From Antedon mediterranea (lineage: Eukaryota > Animalia > Echinodermata), in contig NC_092671.1 in assembly GCF_964355755.1 (NCBI RefSeq), positions 20,212,001-20,276,000 of the forward strand: DNA of 64,000 nucleotides, in the 5' to 3' direction. Of this stretch, positions 25,501 through 38,785 are shown piece after piece (within the stretch, counting starts at the first letter, position 1; each line of letters starts with the position of its first letter). Below the pieces are notes generated by a model. It did no database searches and had not been told where the DNA came from. It saw only the letters and a list, made by a program, of their open reading frames with translations. Made by a program: the position numbers and the translations under genes.

Positions 25501-26650
25501 CGATCCATGTTAATTGCAATGTTGAAGTTGTTTGTTTGCTGTTGTTTTGTGTAATCCGGATATTTTGGACTGTTACTTGGTTTGGGATTTCCACAAATAC
25601 CACTATCGTATGTTTTTACTCCTGTTAGCCCTTCAGCGATCTGGATGATGATTCAGATGAAATGATTAATTTGTCAGCAGGTAAATTACGTTCAGCGGCC
25701 TGTTGAAAAGCAACCATGACAGTAGCATGTAGGGTATTTTTCCCATCGTTGGTGTCTTCTGAGAAATCTATATTATCCGCAGCAAAGAACAATGGTCTAC
25801 CATACTGAAGCCCTGGTGGAATGTAGATACCACCAGTTGCAGCCATTCGTAAAATTACGGCATCGGCCAGTTGAGTTTCAATGCGTAGTATCTGACTGTA
25901 ATTGACTGACAATCCCAACGAATGTAGATAAGAAACCAAATGTTTGCTACTGCTGTATGTATGGACTTTCAAACCAACTGCAAGGACGTTTTCATTTCCA
26001 CAAGTGTGCCTGTACCTGTTGTCGCTTTTAGGTATATGGGCTACTTGCCGTTGAGTTTTGACCTAGTATATGATGCTTTGTGCAATGTTTAGACATGACC
26101 TCTCTATCTGTTCTGAACGGCAACTATTCATTGATGTCGATGGACCTTGAATTAGCCATCTCAAAAAGGTCTTTATGGACGCCGGAATGTTGTTGTGTCT
26201 TTCATCGCTGTTTAATGTCCCATCAAACAACCATGGCGCCTCTCTGCTTTGAAGGATATCTTTTCTTAAAATACTCTCACTGTGGAAAATACTTTTCATA
26301 TCCTCTTCTGGTGTTTCAGATTCCTTCTTGATGGCATTATTTTTGGCCTTATTGGAGCATACCATTTCAGCTTTTCTTTTGTTTGGCCGGGAAAATTTGA
26401 TATCTTTCATGCGGGTCATGATGAGGTTTTTAACACATACTTGTTGCCGATAGACTTGTCTTCCAAACCATGCATTTTGCGGATGGCAGTATAAGTATTA
26501 GTCTGGGCTCCAGACGGAGTTTTGTCTTAATATTAGTAAAAATATAAATATTTTTGCACATATGGCGTTTCATACGTGTATTACTTGAGTTTGGATACTC
26601 CGTCTGGGGAAACACGCACAAGTCACGTGGTTTGACACCAAGAATTCTTG
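22570..26650 (-). pseudogene. AcademX-type transposase (transposase + XPG/FEN-like nuclease + Cys-rich zinc finger), fragmented
   Basis: ADNIDF..GKNTLHAT, VTLDMDLY, VGEFH, WILHL, VFDHY, QEEADT, HAFTGCDT, LPPT..HIKRAHYQ, terminal CKC..C..CSC..CTEMCMC; many stops and frameshifts. Confidence 0.75.
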
Positions 26651-27179
26651 GTGCATACGATTATCCGGTTGACTCGTTTCAGCTGCATGCGATTGGCTAC
26701 TCACTCGTACACTGTTTTAATATTCATATCTCAGAATTTCAAAGACTCAACATCTAAGACGATGCGCATGCGCTATATTACGTTTAGACAATGTGTACTT
26801 AGGTACATTGATGAAAGTTTCTGAAAGCTAGAAATGATTTTATATGCCTAGTAGTCTGGTAAACATTTGATGGGATTTTTCCCAAGAACATGAAAACTCG
26901 TCTTGATATGATAGCCTAGCTTCTCCGCAAATCAAACATTGAATGGATCATTTATTATGCGGAGATAATTTAATTTATTTCCCACCCATCCATACCCTGT
27001 CCTGTTCTTTGTGGTGGTGTAGCCCTGTTGTGTGCCGGTGTAGCCCTGTTGTGTGCCGGTCGGTGGTGGTATGTACCTTATTGGGGTTCTATTTGGCAGG
27101 TCATACGTACGAGTTGAGTATCCCTACGAAGGAGGCCTAGGCCAGGACTAAACAATTAATAAACAAAACAACTTGGCAA

Positions 27180-27936
27180 TGTTATGCGCGATTTGAACGA
27201 TTTGCGCAATTTGAAATTGCGCAATTTGAAATTGCGCAAAGAATTCTTGCGCAATTTAAAATTGCACAAGGATTGTTTTGCGCAATTTCAAATTGCGCAA
27301 TCAACTTGCGCAATTTCAAATTGCGCAAGAAAATCTTTGCGCAATTTCAAATTGCGCTGCACAATTTGTAAATTGCGCAAGATAGTTCTTGCGCAATATG
27401 ACACCTTTGCGCAATTTGAAAACGAACTGTAAATTTTCAAGGAGTTTAAAATTTAGTATTTTATTATAAATAAATAAGACCATTTCAATGAAGATAATGT
27501 TTAATACTCACTTTTTAAGTTTTTAATATTAGTTTAAGCTAGGCCATGTAACCTAGTCAGTATCAGTAGTCCAGACCCTAGCTAGGCTAGAGTAGTATAG
27601 CCGGCCGCCCGCGCCGCGCCCGCCTGGTGGAACACCACCGCTTCGTTTTCCTTCGTCGGTTCTTCGACGGTATGCTAACTTACAACAATATTTGCACTAC
27701 TAAAATAAGGAAATGCGATATTTATCTTTAATTTTGAATCATTCTTAGAAATTACTATAAAAATTTGGGTGTGCATGATTTCACAATTTGTCGAAAAACC
27801 TTGCGCAATTTGCAGATTACTTGCGCAATTTAATACGTTGCTTGCGCAATTTGAAACACATGTTTCAATTCAAATTGCGCAAGGATTTTTTTTGCGCAAT
27901 TTCAAATTGCGCAAATCGTTCAAATCGCGCATAACA
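27180..27936. mobile_element. Ginger2/TDD-like non-autonomous element with TTGCGCAA arrays
   Basis: TGTTATGCGCG..CGCGCATAACA termini, long TIR, 4-bp TSD GCAA. Confidence 0.8.
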
Positions 27937-28322
27937 GCAACACGATTTTATATTTCAACAGTTGTTCAGTCTCGATCGTACATTCAGCACTGTACGTACT
28001 CTATCTTTTTCATTTTGAAACAAAATGATCATTGGTTGATTCGAAATCCATATTTACATACCGCCCGCCCCATATAGCCAAATACGGTATGATAACCTAC
28101 GTCATTCTTATCGGATGTTTGCGGTCTGCAAATCGATTTCTATACGTGTTTCACAAGTCTGTATTTTCAGAGAAAATTGCGGTCGAAATAAAAACAAATA
28201 AATATAAAAAAAGACAATAAATACAGACTTGGGGCAAGTCTAAAGTATTAGTGACATCATTCATTGAAATAATGTTGCCAGACTGCAGAACGTTATTCAA
28301 AACACTGACAAACTCAATATCT

Positions 28323-30056
28323 ATTAGATATTATACATGTCACATTAAATAGAATTATGATAATATATTTCGCAATTGTAAACTATTTTATAATACATAT
28401 TTATTAACAAACTAGTGTACATTCACTTTTACAGACAATTATTTACTAACATGCTAAATTAGTTCACAAAAAAGGCCTAACACAGCAACACCAAAAATCA
28501 ACGAATCGTTACTCAGCACGGCCTATTAAATTAAGTATTGTTTTTATGATATAAATTGGTATAAAATACATGTTATTAATAGGATAAAATGTTAAATTTC
28601 ATTAAATTTGTTTTACCAGAAACAATTTAAATATAGGAATATGATTAAACTATCCTTTGTGAAAACGCGTAAATACCAACACCAATACGTAGCGCCCGGT
28701 TGAAGAAGCGAACTGTCCGGCAGTTTTTACTAAATAAATTGCATGAAATGAACAATTAAATATCCAAACAGCATTTAACATGATGTTGGCATGTAGTTGA
28801 TAACATTTTTTATCATGAAAATACGGGTGTCACGAAACCTAAGACCACGAAAGCTAAGACCCCCTAAGACCTAAGATCACGAAAGCTAAGACCCAAGACC
28901 TAAGATTACAAATTCTAAGATATACTACAGCTTAAAAACAATACTTGTTTATCCATACATAATTTTAAACACAGTAGGTTTCATTTATTACCATAAATAT
29001 AATTTAATACCACCGCAAAACATAGATAAACTCACATTATTTTCGCCCGTTGAGTAAATGTATATTTTTTCTTTACAACAAACAAACTTGACGGGGTGTT
29101 TGTTTGTATATATTTACTCCATTGTGTTGGTTCAGAGGATGTTTTTCTTACGCACCTGCCTTTCTTGTATTTTGACTCCAAATTTGTTGACTAACTTTAT
29201 CCTGAACACCACACTTTAAAATTAGGACTTATAAGTACTTTCAGAAGGAGAAACACATAATAACAAATAAATAAATCCTTTAAATTTATGATTTTACAGA
29301 TGTTTCTTTGTATAACTGTAATGTAACTCCTCGAGCTCCCCATGCTCAATGTTTTTGTTTCTATGGAGCGCCAAAAAAGCAACAATAATAGTACAAGTAT
29401 AAAAACAGAAAGAAAACGAAACAAAAAAACTTATCATGATTTTTTAATTAAAATTTATTTGACAGTATTTATTTCCTCGTACTTGCATGATTATACTATT
29501 ATCATTACAATTTTAATTTTACATTGTTCCATCCACACTGTAGATGGACTCCACAGAGTTTTCAGCCCTCTATATAATTTTTGCTCTTTTGACGTTCCAT
29601 AGAAACAAAAACATTGAACATGGCGTAGGCCTACTGTACTGTAGGCTAGTCATTTTGTGTGCGAGAAAAACGTCTGTAAAATCATCAATTTAAAAATGTA
29701 TTTGTTACTTTTTATGTGATTCTTTTTCATGAAAGTGCCAATTCTAAGGTGTGGTATTCAGAATAAATGTTGGGAGTTAAAATACAAGGCAGGTGCGAAA
29801 GATAAATATTTGTAATCTTAGGTCTTGGGTCTTAGCTTTCGTGATCTTAGGTCTTAGGGGGTCTTAGCTTTCGTGGTCTTAGGTTTCGTGACACCCATGA
29901 AAATACTACCGGTGGTCCAGCCTTTGATTAGTGAAACCGTCACAAAAAGTTGTATACATCCCAGATACATCCTCACTTATGGCGGCGCCACATGGACAAT
30001 ATTACTGTTACAGGGAAAATCGCGGATTACTCATTCTTGTAATATAATATTCTTTG
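28323..30056. mobile_element. Right part of a P-like element (family of 58713-59541), interrupted by MULE-like MITE
   Basis: Collinear with 58836-59541; ends in ATATTCTTTG TIR; left TIR not found. Confidence 0.7.
28825..29896. mobile_element. Mutator/Phantom-like non-autonomous element, copy 2
   Basis: Same TIRs as 15981; 10-bp TSD ATGAAAATAC; empty site present at ~59379. Confidence 0.92.
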
Positions 30057-30885
30057 GTGTAATGGAAATAAATGATCAGTATTTAATTCCCTTTCCAATG
30101 ATACCACTACTCACGATCATTTTTGTTAAAGTTAGTCCGCCATCTTGAAAATCAAAATGGCGGCTTTAGGGAATAAGTAATTCGGTCTTTACTTACCCTA
30201 TTTAGAATACGGTAATGGAGTATTGTAGCAGTCAAACGATGTCCAAAGCTGGAAGTATCCTAGGCTCGAAGTAAATAAACTATACGGAGTGTAGAAACCA
30301 CATATCCACACGAAGCGCGTACGTACGTGCGCAGTGTAAGGTTAGGGTAGGCTAGTTCAGGACAATAATATATACAACGGTACAATAATTGAAAGACGAT
30401 AACATACAGTAACACGTGGTAAAATATGTAAAGTTAAAACGCTAAATATCAAAATGTAATAGTGCTAATAATTAGGACAACTAATTATTATCGTAAAACT
30501 TGTACTAAAACTCGCAATGGTTTGCTCATAAAAATGTCGATGTCTTCTCGTTGAAAACTTGACGCAGAGAGAGAGAGATCGCTCGTTGCGCGTTCGCTAT
30601 ATTTACAACAGCAATTTGCATAACTTTACGCGTTGAGCGCACACACGCAAATATGTGTGTGAAGTTCCTACATAGCTCCCCCCTAGCTCTTTGCCGCTAG
30701 GTGAGAGCGATAGAAAAAAATAAGTTCATAAAGTTAGTAAAAAGTATTCAGGTACAGTCATGCTCATTGAATTTTTGTGGCCAATGTACGTGTCGTCCAG
30801 AGCGAGTTTGGCGGGGTGGCGACGGTGCGATTGCAATGTGCGTCTCTGTCGTATATGATGTTGCTGCCTGACTAGGTCCGTAGAA

Positions 30886-33800
30886 TTAGTTTGATCCGTA
30901 TCTAAGTAAGCCGGTTTCAGTCAGTACTGTGTCCTGTTTTCCTGCAAGTTGTACAACGAAAAATTTGTCGCTCCTGCTAACAACTTTAAACGGGCCATTG
31001 TAAGGGCACTGTAGAGGCTTGCGGACTTTATCACAGCGAATGAAAACGTGTGTACACATAGCTAAATCTGTATGTACGTGTACCTTACGAGAATTTTGTC
31101 GCGTCGGTGTTGGACGTATGTTTTGCATAATGCGCTGCAGTCGATGAATATAGTTACTAGGGTCCAAGTCAGCATTAGTGGAAGAAGGCGTAACAAACTG
31201 CCCTGGCAAACGTAACGTGGTGCCGAAAACTAATTCTGCTGACGATAGCCCCAAGTCTTCCTTGACCACCGTGCGAAGACCAAGAAGTACTAGCGGTAAA
31301 GCATCTGACCATAGCTGAGGGTCGTCGAGGGCCTTAAGCGAACCTTTGAGTTGGCGATGGAACCTTTCTACTAATCCATTTGCTATTGGGTGGTATGATG
31401 TAGTGTGTATGCGTTTCGTACCCAGTAAGTTCACTAGCGCATTAAACAGCGATGATTCAAACTGGCTGCCACGATCGGTAGTAATGGTCGATGGTGCCCC
31501 AAACATGGACACCCATTTACAAACGAAAGCTTTAGCGACGGTTGCTGCCGAAATATCGGGAATAGGTATGGCTTCTGTCCATCTCGTAAAACGGTCAATG
31601 CATGTCAATAGGTAGCTGTTGCCATCAGACGGTCGAAGCGGACCAACAAGGTCGATGTGGACATGATCGAAACGCGCGTCTGGTGTGGCAAAAGTTCCCA
31701 ACGGTGTAATAGTGTGGCGATGTACTTTTGCCTTTTGACACTGAACACAACACTTCGCCCAGTTACGTACGTCTCGATTCATGCTAGGCCAAACGTATCG
31801 AGTACTCACTAACTTCAATGTAGCCCTAATTCCAGGATGCGATAGTGAATGTAACGAATCGAAAACGGCCCTGCGCAACTCCTTAGGGACGAAAGGTCGA
31901 GGAGTGCCCGTACTTATGTCACATACAATAGTTCTATCACTGGTGGCTATTGGTGCGTCATGTAAATCAAAAGTTGACTCCTGCAAATGACGAAGTAACT
32001 CCTCATCATTCTTCTGCTGCTCGGCCATGACTGTGAAGTCAATGACATCTGACGACTTTGCAGTAAGGACAGGTGTGTTAAAGGTGTTAAGATTGATGCG
32101 AGATAATGCGTCTGCAACTTCGTTTTGCGAACCCTTAACGTGTCGGACATTGGTGGTAAATTGTGAAATGTAATCTAGGTGACGAATCTCTCGAGGTGAG
32201 TAGCGGTCCGAGCTTGCTTTCAGTGCAAATGTGAGCGGTTTGTGGTCTGTGAGGATGAAAAATTCCCTTGCTTCAAGCAAATGACGAAAATGTCGGATAG
32301 CAAGGTAAGCGGCTAACAGTTCTCGTCCGAATGTGCTGTACCTTGTTTCAGCTGGATTCATTCTGCGCGAGAAGAATGCGATAGGATGCCAGACGTCTTT
32401 TACCATCTGTTGTAGCACACGACCAACCGCAAAGTTAGATGCATCAACCATTAAACATAATGTGGCGGATGAATCGGGATGTTCCAGATAAGTTGCCTCT
32501 GCAAGTGCTACCTTAACAGTCTCAAAGGCCGTAATCGCCGTCGGTGGTAATGTAATTGATTTTCGAGGTTTACCTGCCAGTAAATCAGTCAACGGATGAA
32601 CTATATCTGAACATCGAGGAATAAAACGCCTGTAGAAGTTGATTAATCCTAAGAATTCACGCAGTTTACGGACTGTGTCGGGTACAGGAAATGTTTCGAT
32701 AGCTTCTATCTTGGAACGTAGTGGTCGGATACCCATGTCATCGATATGATGTCCCAGAAATGTCAAAGACGAAACTCCCCATTCACATTTGACAGGATAA
32801 ACTACAATACCAAATTCTTCAAGACGGTCGAACAACAACTTGAGGTGAATTCATTCATTGTTCATCATTGCTGGCTATGAGAAGATCGTCGATGTATGCG
32901 TATACAAAATCCAAACCACGTAAAACTTTATCGATGAACCGCTGGAATGTCTGTGCTGCGTTTCTAAGTCCAAACGGCATTCTTAAAAATTCGAACATCC
33001 CAAATGGTGTCGTTATTGCAGTTTTCGGCACATCTTCTGGTGCAACAGGTATCTGGTGATAGGCTCGTACCAGGTCAATCTTAGAGAAAACTTTCTTTCC
33101 CTGAAGCGTAGCTGTGAAATCGTGAATATGAGGGATTGGATATCTATCCGAAACTGTAGCATTATTGAGGGCTCTGTAGTCTCCACATGGTCTCCAATCA
33201 CCTTCTGTTTGCTTCGCATGTGAAGCGGCGAAGACCAGCAACTTTTTGACGGTTGAATAATGCCCAGCTGAAGCATATGGTCGAACTCAGCTCGTGCGAT
33301 CTTGAGTTTCTGTGGAGCCAATCTCCAAGGTCGGGCAGCGATCGATGGACCTTTGGTAGTTATACGATGAGTGACATCATGCTTTAGTTTGGCCTCTTTG
33401 AAACTCGGACGTGTAATTTTGGGAAAGTATTTACCTAGTATTGATTCATAACGTGAATCAATCACAGGTCGAGGCAAAACAGGACTAAGCGAGCAGAGCT
33501 TAGATGCAGTACCTTGCACACTTAAATTAGTAGTAGAATCAATTAACTTGCGGTGTTTAACATCGAATAACAAACCAAAATGTTGCAGAAAGTCTGCGCC
33601 GACAATTACTGAGGGAACATCGGCTATAGTAAACACCCATCTGCATATGTCCGTCTAAAACCAAAATCAAGTGTTAAAGATCGTTCACCATAGGTGTTGA
33701 TTTGAGAGTTGTTAACTGCTTGCAAAACAAAATCACTTTTTCGCTGTTGATGGTCTTGTTTTGTTGCAGGAAGGACGCTAATCTCGGCTCCTGTATCTAC

Positions 33801-33935
33801 TAAAAACTTTAGTCCAGTATCTCTATCATAAATGTGAAATAAGCGACTATCAGAAACGGTGCCGGACGAATTCGTCGCAGTTATTCGCCGGCTTTGGAGT
33901 TTTCCGAAGTTGGGAAACTGCATGGCAACCTGCAC
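30886..33935 (-). pseudogene. pol: CsRn1-like pol (PR-RT-RH-IN) in four frameshifted pieces
   Basis: FLVDTGA, DYRALN, YIDD, VDAS, TDHKPL, HPG..C..C, HIDLVGP, TDRGSQF, NGLVERFHR. Confidence 0.92.
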
Positions 33936-34738
33936 CTACGTGCTGCCTTGCCAAACCGGGTGTGATACCAGCACTGCTCTGAGTCATTTTCATTGGTTTG
34001 TGTTCGTTTAGCACTGGAAGAACGGTTCCGATTTCGGCTTCTGCTCCTGCTCTTATCCCGATGTTGATCGTTTGCCAAGGATGATACCATTGCGGTCAAC
34101 TTGTTAATTTCAGCTCGTAGCGTTTGAATTTCGTTTCGGTCGGCGTTAGCACTTGTGGGGTTAGAGATTGCGGCTACTCTGGGTTGGCTGGGAGACACCT
34201 CTAAAATTCTGTCGGCTAATTCCGCTATCTGAGCGACGGTAACGTTTCCGCCTGTTGCGGCTAAAATCAGTTGCACGTTATTGGGCAATCGCTGAATGAA
34301 CAACTGTTTCAAGATCGAATCCTCTAATGTGCGGCTGCCTAGCAACTGATACATTTTGCGCAATAGTTGTGTTGGTTTTCTGTCACCCAATTCCTCCGTA
34401 GTGAGCAGTGGTCCGCTTAATTAACTCTTCCTTTAACTTGCTGTATGGACCCCCTCAGCAGGAGGAGCTAAGAGCAGATCACGTACCTCCTGAAAGATCG
34501 AAGGCTGTAACGACGCCACGATATAGGCAAATTTCGTAGCTTCCGTGGTAATATTGCGAGTTGCGAACTGCGCTTCCACTTGGGCAAACCATATCGCGGG
34601 ATCGTTAGCCCAAAATGGTGGTAGCTTGAGGGTAAATGCCGCTAAAGGTAATGCGCGTTGCGTGGCGACTGGTACCCCAGCATTACCTCCCGCTTGATCC
34701 ACAGCAACTGCTGCTTCGGCTGGAGGAGGATCTTCCAT
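33881..34738 (-). pseudogene. gag: CsRn1-like gag, one deletion/frameshift near 34420
   Basis: KLPPFW..WFAQVEAQF, LGDRKPTQLL, RS-rich tract, CWYHTRFGKAARRCRLPC. Confidence 0.88.
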
Positions 34739-34908
34739 TTTCGCCTCAAAAAATTAATAATTGTTTTAGGCCTACCTTATAATTAAAAGTAAACTGTGTA
34801 ACAGAAATGTTTTCAAAACATAGATAGGCCGAGTATCGCTAATAATACAAATGTTACATACAAGAAGTAGGCTACAGCCTACAGATACTCCACTAGTAGT
34901 AGTCCATA

Positions 34909-34929
34909 CGAATCACGTCGGGGTCACCA
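34909..34929 (-). promoter_or_regulatory. Primer-binding site for tRNA-Trp
   Basis: TGGTGACCCCGACGTGATTCG one nt from the 5' LTR. Confidence 0.85.
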
Positions 34930-36539
34930 CTTTAGGGAATAAGTAATTCGGTCTTTACTTACCCTATTTAGAATACGGTAATGGAGTATTGTAGCAGTCA
35001 AACGATGTCCAAAGCTGGAAGTATCCTAGGCTCGAAGTAAATAAACTATACGGAGTGTAGAAACCACATATCCACACAAAGCGCGTACGTACGTGCGCAG
35101 TGTAAGGTTAGGGTAGGCTAGTTCAGGACAATAATATATACAACGGTACAATAATTGAAAGACGATAACATACAGTAACACGTAGTAAAATATGTAAAGT
35201 TAAAACGCTAAATATCAAAATGTAATAGTGCTAATAATTAGGACAACTAATTATTATCGTAAAACTTGTACTAAAACTCGCAATGGTTTGCTCATAAAAA
35301 TGTCGATGTCTTCTCGTTGAAAACTAGACGCAGACAGAGAGAGAGATCGCTCGTTGCGCGTTCGCTATATTTACAACAGCAATTTGCATAGCTTTACGCG
35401 TTGAGCGCACACACGCAAATATGTACGTGTGTGAAGTTCCTACACGCCCACTTGCCATGGTCGAAAAAAATGGCACCAAAGTTTTTCTTGTTCAGCGGAA
35501 AATTCTGAGTCGGAAAATCGTTGGTGCCGACAATTAACATCAAAAGCCTACAAAATGACATAGCCCCTGGACTAAATTGCGCGATTCTCATGTTTGGGAT
35601 ATTCGTCTGTCGTCTCGTCGTCTCTCTCTCCCCCCCCCCCCCCCCCTCCCCCACTCTCTCTCTCTCACAGCTCTCTATCCCTACTAGTCGTGAGAGGCGC
35701 CCTATCTCGAGCGGTTCTGTAATGTTTTAAAACGGCGGGAGGCTCGGAGCCGCGGCAGAGGGAGCGGAGAATGTGACCAAAGTTCGTATCTTTGAGTGTG
35801 ACATCTTCATGGCCTACCTAGGCCTACGTCAAGCCGGATTCCCGTCAAGCCAAGGCAAAGAATAAAACTGTACTTTGACAATTGAACAGTAAGTCTAAGC
35901 TAGGTAGGCTAGGCTTAAAGTATGGTTTAATTAAAACCGCATATAAATGGACTCTACTAATTTAATAATATAATAGGCCTAGCCTAAAACTCTAGGCTAG
36001 GCCTAAGGCCCCTAGTACTAGTAGGCCTAGTAGCCTAGATAGTAGTAAGCCTAGCTAGCCTAGGCCGGTTGGTAACGGGACAATTCGGCCCTGAGCGAGA
36101 CGATTCGGCCTGAGACGATTCGGCACACTTAAATTTATCGGCTTTGATATGCATTTTATAAGCACAAAATAAGTTTTTTTCCCCAAACTTTATTTTCAGA
36201 TAGGGGGCCTATGCCTGCGGGGTAATTAATACTACTAGGGTAGAGGGCGCGCTACCCGGACATTGTTGGTAATCGGACACCGGGTTAAAGGACCATCATG
36301 AATATGTATGTCACTCTGTAAAAAAATGACCAATCAAATCGTTTTATTCGCTGAGGCATTCATTGATAAAATTCGCTCGTATACGTCATTGAGCCGATCG
36401 CCAGAAAAGCCAGTGACGTTCACAACAATAAAATTAAATTCAAAATTCTCCAGTTAAAAGGTCAAGGTGAGTTAAAATTTTAACGTATTATGAATTTCAT
36501 AAAAGAACATGGGCCTAGACTATTTAGGCCATAACTTAA

Positions 36540-38785
36540 AGGGGAATTCTGGGTTTAAAATTGCTTTTAAATATCGTTTATTTATTAAATAAAAAATATT
36601 ATAACAATATAGACATTTCAGAATGAAGAAGTAATAACGAGAAATTAAAAAATTAAATTTCATATACATTTTAGGGTAAATTCATGGAAAGTCTGTTTTT
36701 TAGCAGCTTAGGGAAGCTCATTAATATTCATGAGATATTCACAAAATCACGTCACCAGTGGATTCCAAACTCGCGACGTCATGTACGTTGTGTTTGTCAA
36801 CTAATATTTACATCTCTCTCCCCTGTCAAACGACGACCACCATTGTGATCATTGTGAAATACATTTTTTGTAGATTTTCTAAGCTAGGCCTAAAGTGTAA
36901 TAATAACAGTACCGTACTGACGCGGGTATAAGCCCATACTCGGGTATAAGCCCACCCCCGACTTTTGACTAATTTTCATGAAAAATGAGGCACTCGGGTA
37001 TAAGCCCACCCATTAATTCGAAGATCTACAGTGTGTGTCGTAATACATTATTTTGTATTTGGCGACGTCCATACACCGAATACACCTACCTTTGATCATA
37101 ACCAAGCTAGGCTAATATACGCTAGGCCATATGAGGCCTAGCGGTCCTGTTTTGTTTACACTCCATCGCGGTCGAAGATCGCTTCACACACGACGCTACA
37201 AGTCGCCAAAACGGAAAACCACTATTTGGTATCGGCTGCCATAAACAAGCTTATTAAATTTCTTTGGTACATTTCTATTTAACGAACATTGTATACTTGC
37301 TTTTCTGCTTGATAAATTCTTGTTAAATTGATGTTTAAAATAAGATATTCTACGATAAATTACACGAACTATAAACTTAATTTTCCGACACTCTACACCT
37401 CGTGTATTTAGAGGCAACGTCGTACACGTGAGGGCGCTCGCTCGCATGGTGGAATACACAGTGTACATGTGCTGTTTTTGACGATCTGCATTTTTGGATC
37501 CTCGGGTATAAGCCCACCCCCCAAACTTGACGTGATTTCATGTTCGAGGGGGGTGGGCTTATACCCGCGTCAGTACGGTAGTAGCATATATTTATTTGAC
37601 ATTTAATGAAATACAAAATTTAGTACAGATACGGAGTCATAAATTATACTATTTTTATACCTCTATAGTACAGATTGTATTATCGGCTTCACGTACAATA
37701 CTACTCTAGGCCTAGCCTAATAATAATATGGGCGAGAGCCATTCTGACTAGGGATTCCATGCCACGATGGCTACGTTAAAACAATGGGGCCCATGGGCCT
37801 AGCTAGCCTACTACTAGACGATTGGCCCATAAATAACAAAACCCATCCTATCAACCAAACTCCTAAACAATCTAAACCTAAAACATTCTACAAAATCGGC
37901 TGTAAATATTGAAGCAAAACAAGGTCCGATCGCCGTCCACACGTATGGTGTCCCGATCGTCTAAGTAGGCCTAAAATAAATAGGTTTAGTTTACTCTCCA
38001 AAAAAGCGGATACTCGTGCATCAAGCAAGTAGACCAGGTAGTAGGAAGGAGACCTAGCCGATCCGGCCCAGTTAAAAATTGAGCTAGCTAGTGTAGTAGA
38101 CCCTATGCGAATTGATACTACCAGGCCTTTTACTATAGGCTGCACTACACAAATATTCCAACTCTCTCATTCGAGCTATATTATCTATACCATTCCGGTA
38201 GGTCGAGTCGACCTTCAATCAAATACTGTACATCGTTCATGTTGTGATTATAGACGGGGTATACTCGACCCGACCAGTTTGGTATTGTTGTATCTGCTTA
38301 TCACGTGACGATGCCAGACATGGGCAGCAGAGAGAGCATGTGTATCGTCGTCTCGCTCGATCCTCAGCAGGAATGTACAGTATATGTTACGCTTCATTGA
38401 TTTTGATTTTTCCCTAAGTCGGTGCGAAAATCGGCAAACGTAAAGTGCAAACATATCTAATTTTTCACTGTTTTGATGAATTTTCATAAAAAATTGACTT
38501 TATAAATGGGAAGACCGACTAAAATTACATCAGATAAGTATAATTTTACAAAATTATTTGATATGGTTTATGATAACGAGTCGTCGGAAGATGGACCATT
38601 TCACGAATTTCCTATTTTGTAACCACAGTGTGATTTTGCCGTAGCTGCACTTGTAATCTGGCCTGATTTCACAGCCTTCGTTCTGCTTCACTGGGCGCTT
38701 ATATAAATTGAAACTTTTACCGTTCAAGAGACAAACAAATATATTTTACATTTTTTACTATTCATTTTAAACCCGGAACCCCCCT
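36540..38785. mobile_element. Kolobok-like non-autonomous element, copy 1
   Basis: TTAA|AGGGGAATTCTGGGTTTAAAA..TTTTAAACCCGGAACCCCCCT|TTAA; collinear with 50752-52326. Confidence 0.85.
36912..37578. mobile_element. Tigger/pogo-like MITE, copy 1
   Basis: TA|CCGTACTGACGCGGGTATAAGCCC TIR; absent from the second Kolobok copy (~51107). Confidence 0.9.

Larger units (their letters stand above)
30165..35444 (-). mobile_element. Gypsy LTR retrotransposon, CsRn1 clade, full-length structure
   Basis: LTRs 34931-35444 and 30165-30672 nearly identical; tRNA-Trp PBS; PPT 30673-30684; CHCC gag knuckle CWYH..C..C; flanks CGGC/CGCC. Confidence 0.93.
30057..35574. mobile_element. Putative Academ terminal region (..CCTGGACTA end) split by the CsRn1-like Gypsy
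   Basis: CCGCCATCTTG/AAAATGGCGG motifs either side of the LTR element and a TAGTCCAGG-type terminus upstream of the Academ ORF; partner end not found. Confidence 0.35.

Noticed and set aside
27017-27060. 21-bp tandem duplication GTGTAGCCCTGTTGTGTGCCG
   Set aside because: Only two units; ordinary slippage duplication
35960-36064. CTAG/AGGCCT-rich tracts as a functional array
   Set aside because: Scattered across many unrelated elements in the window; looks like genome-wide low-complexity bias
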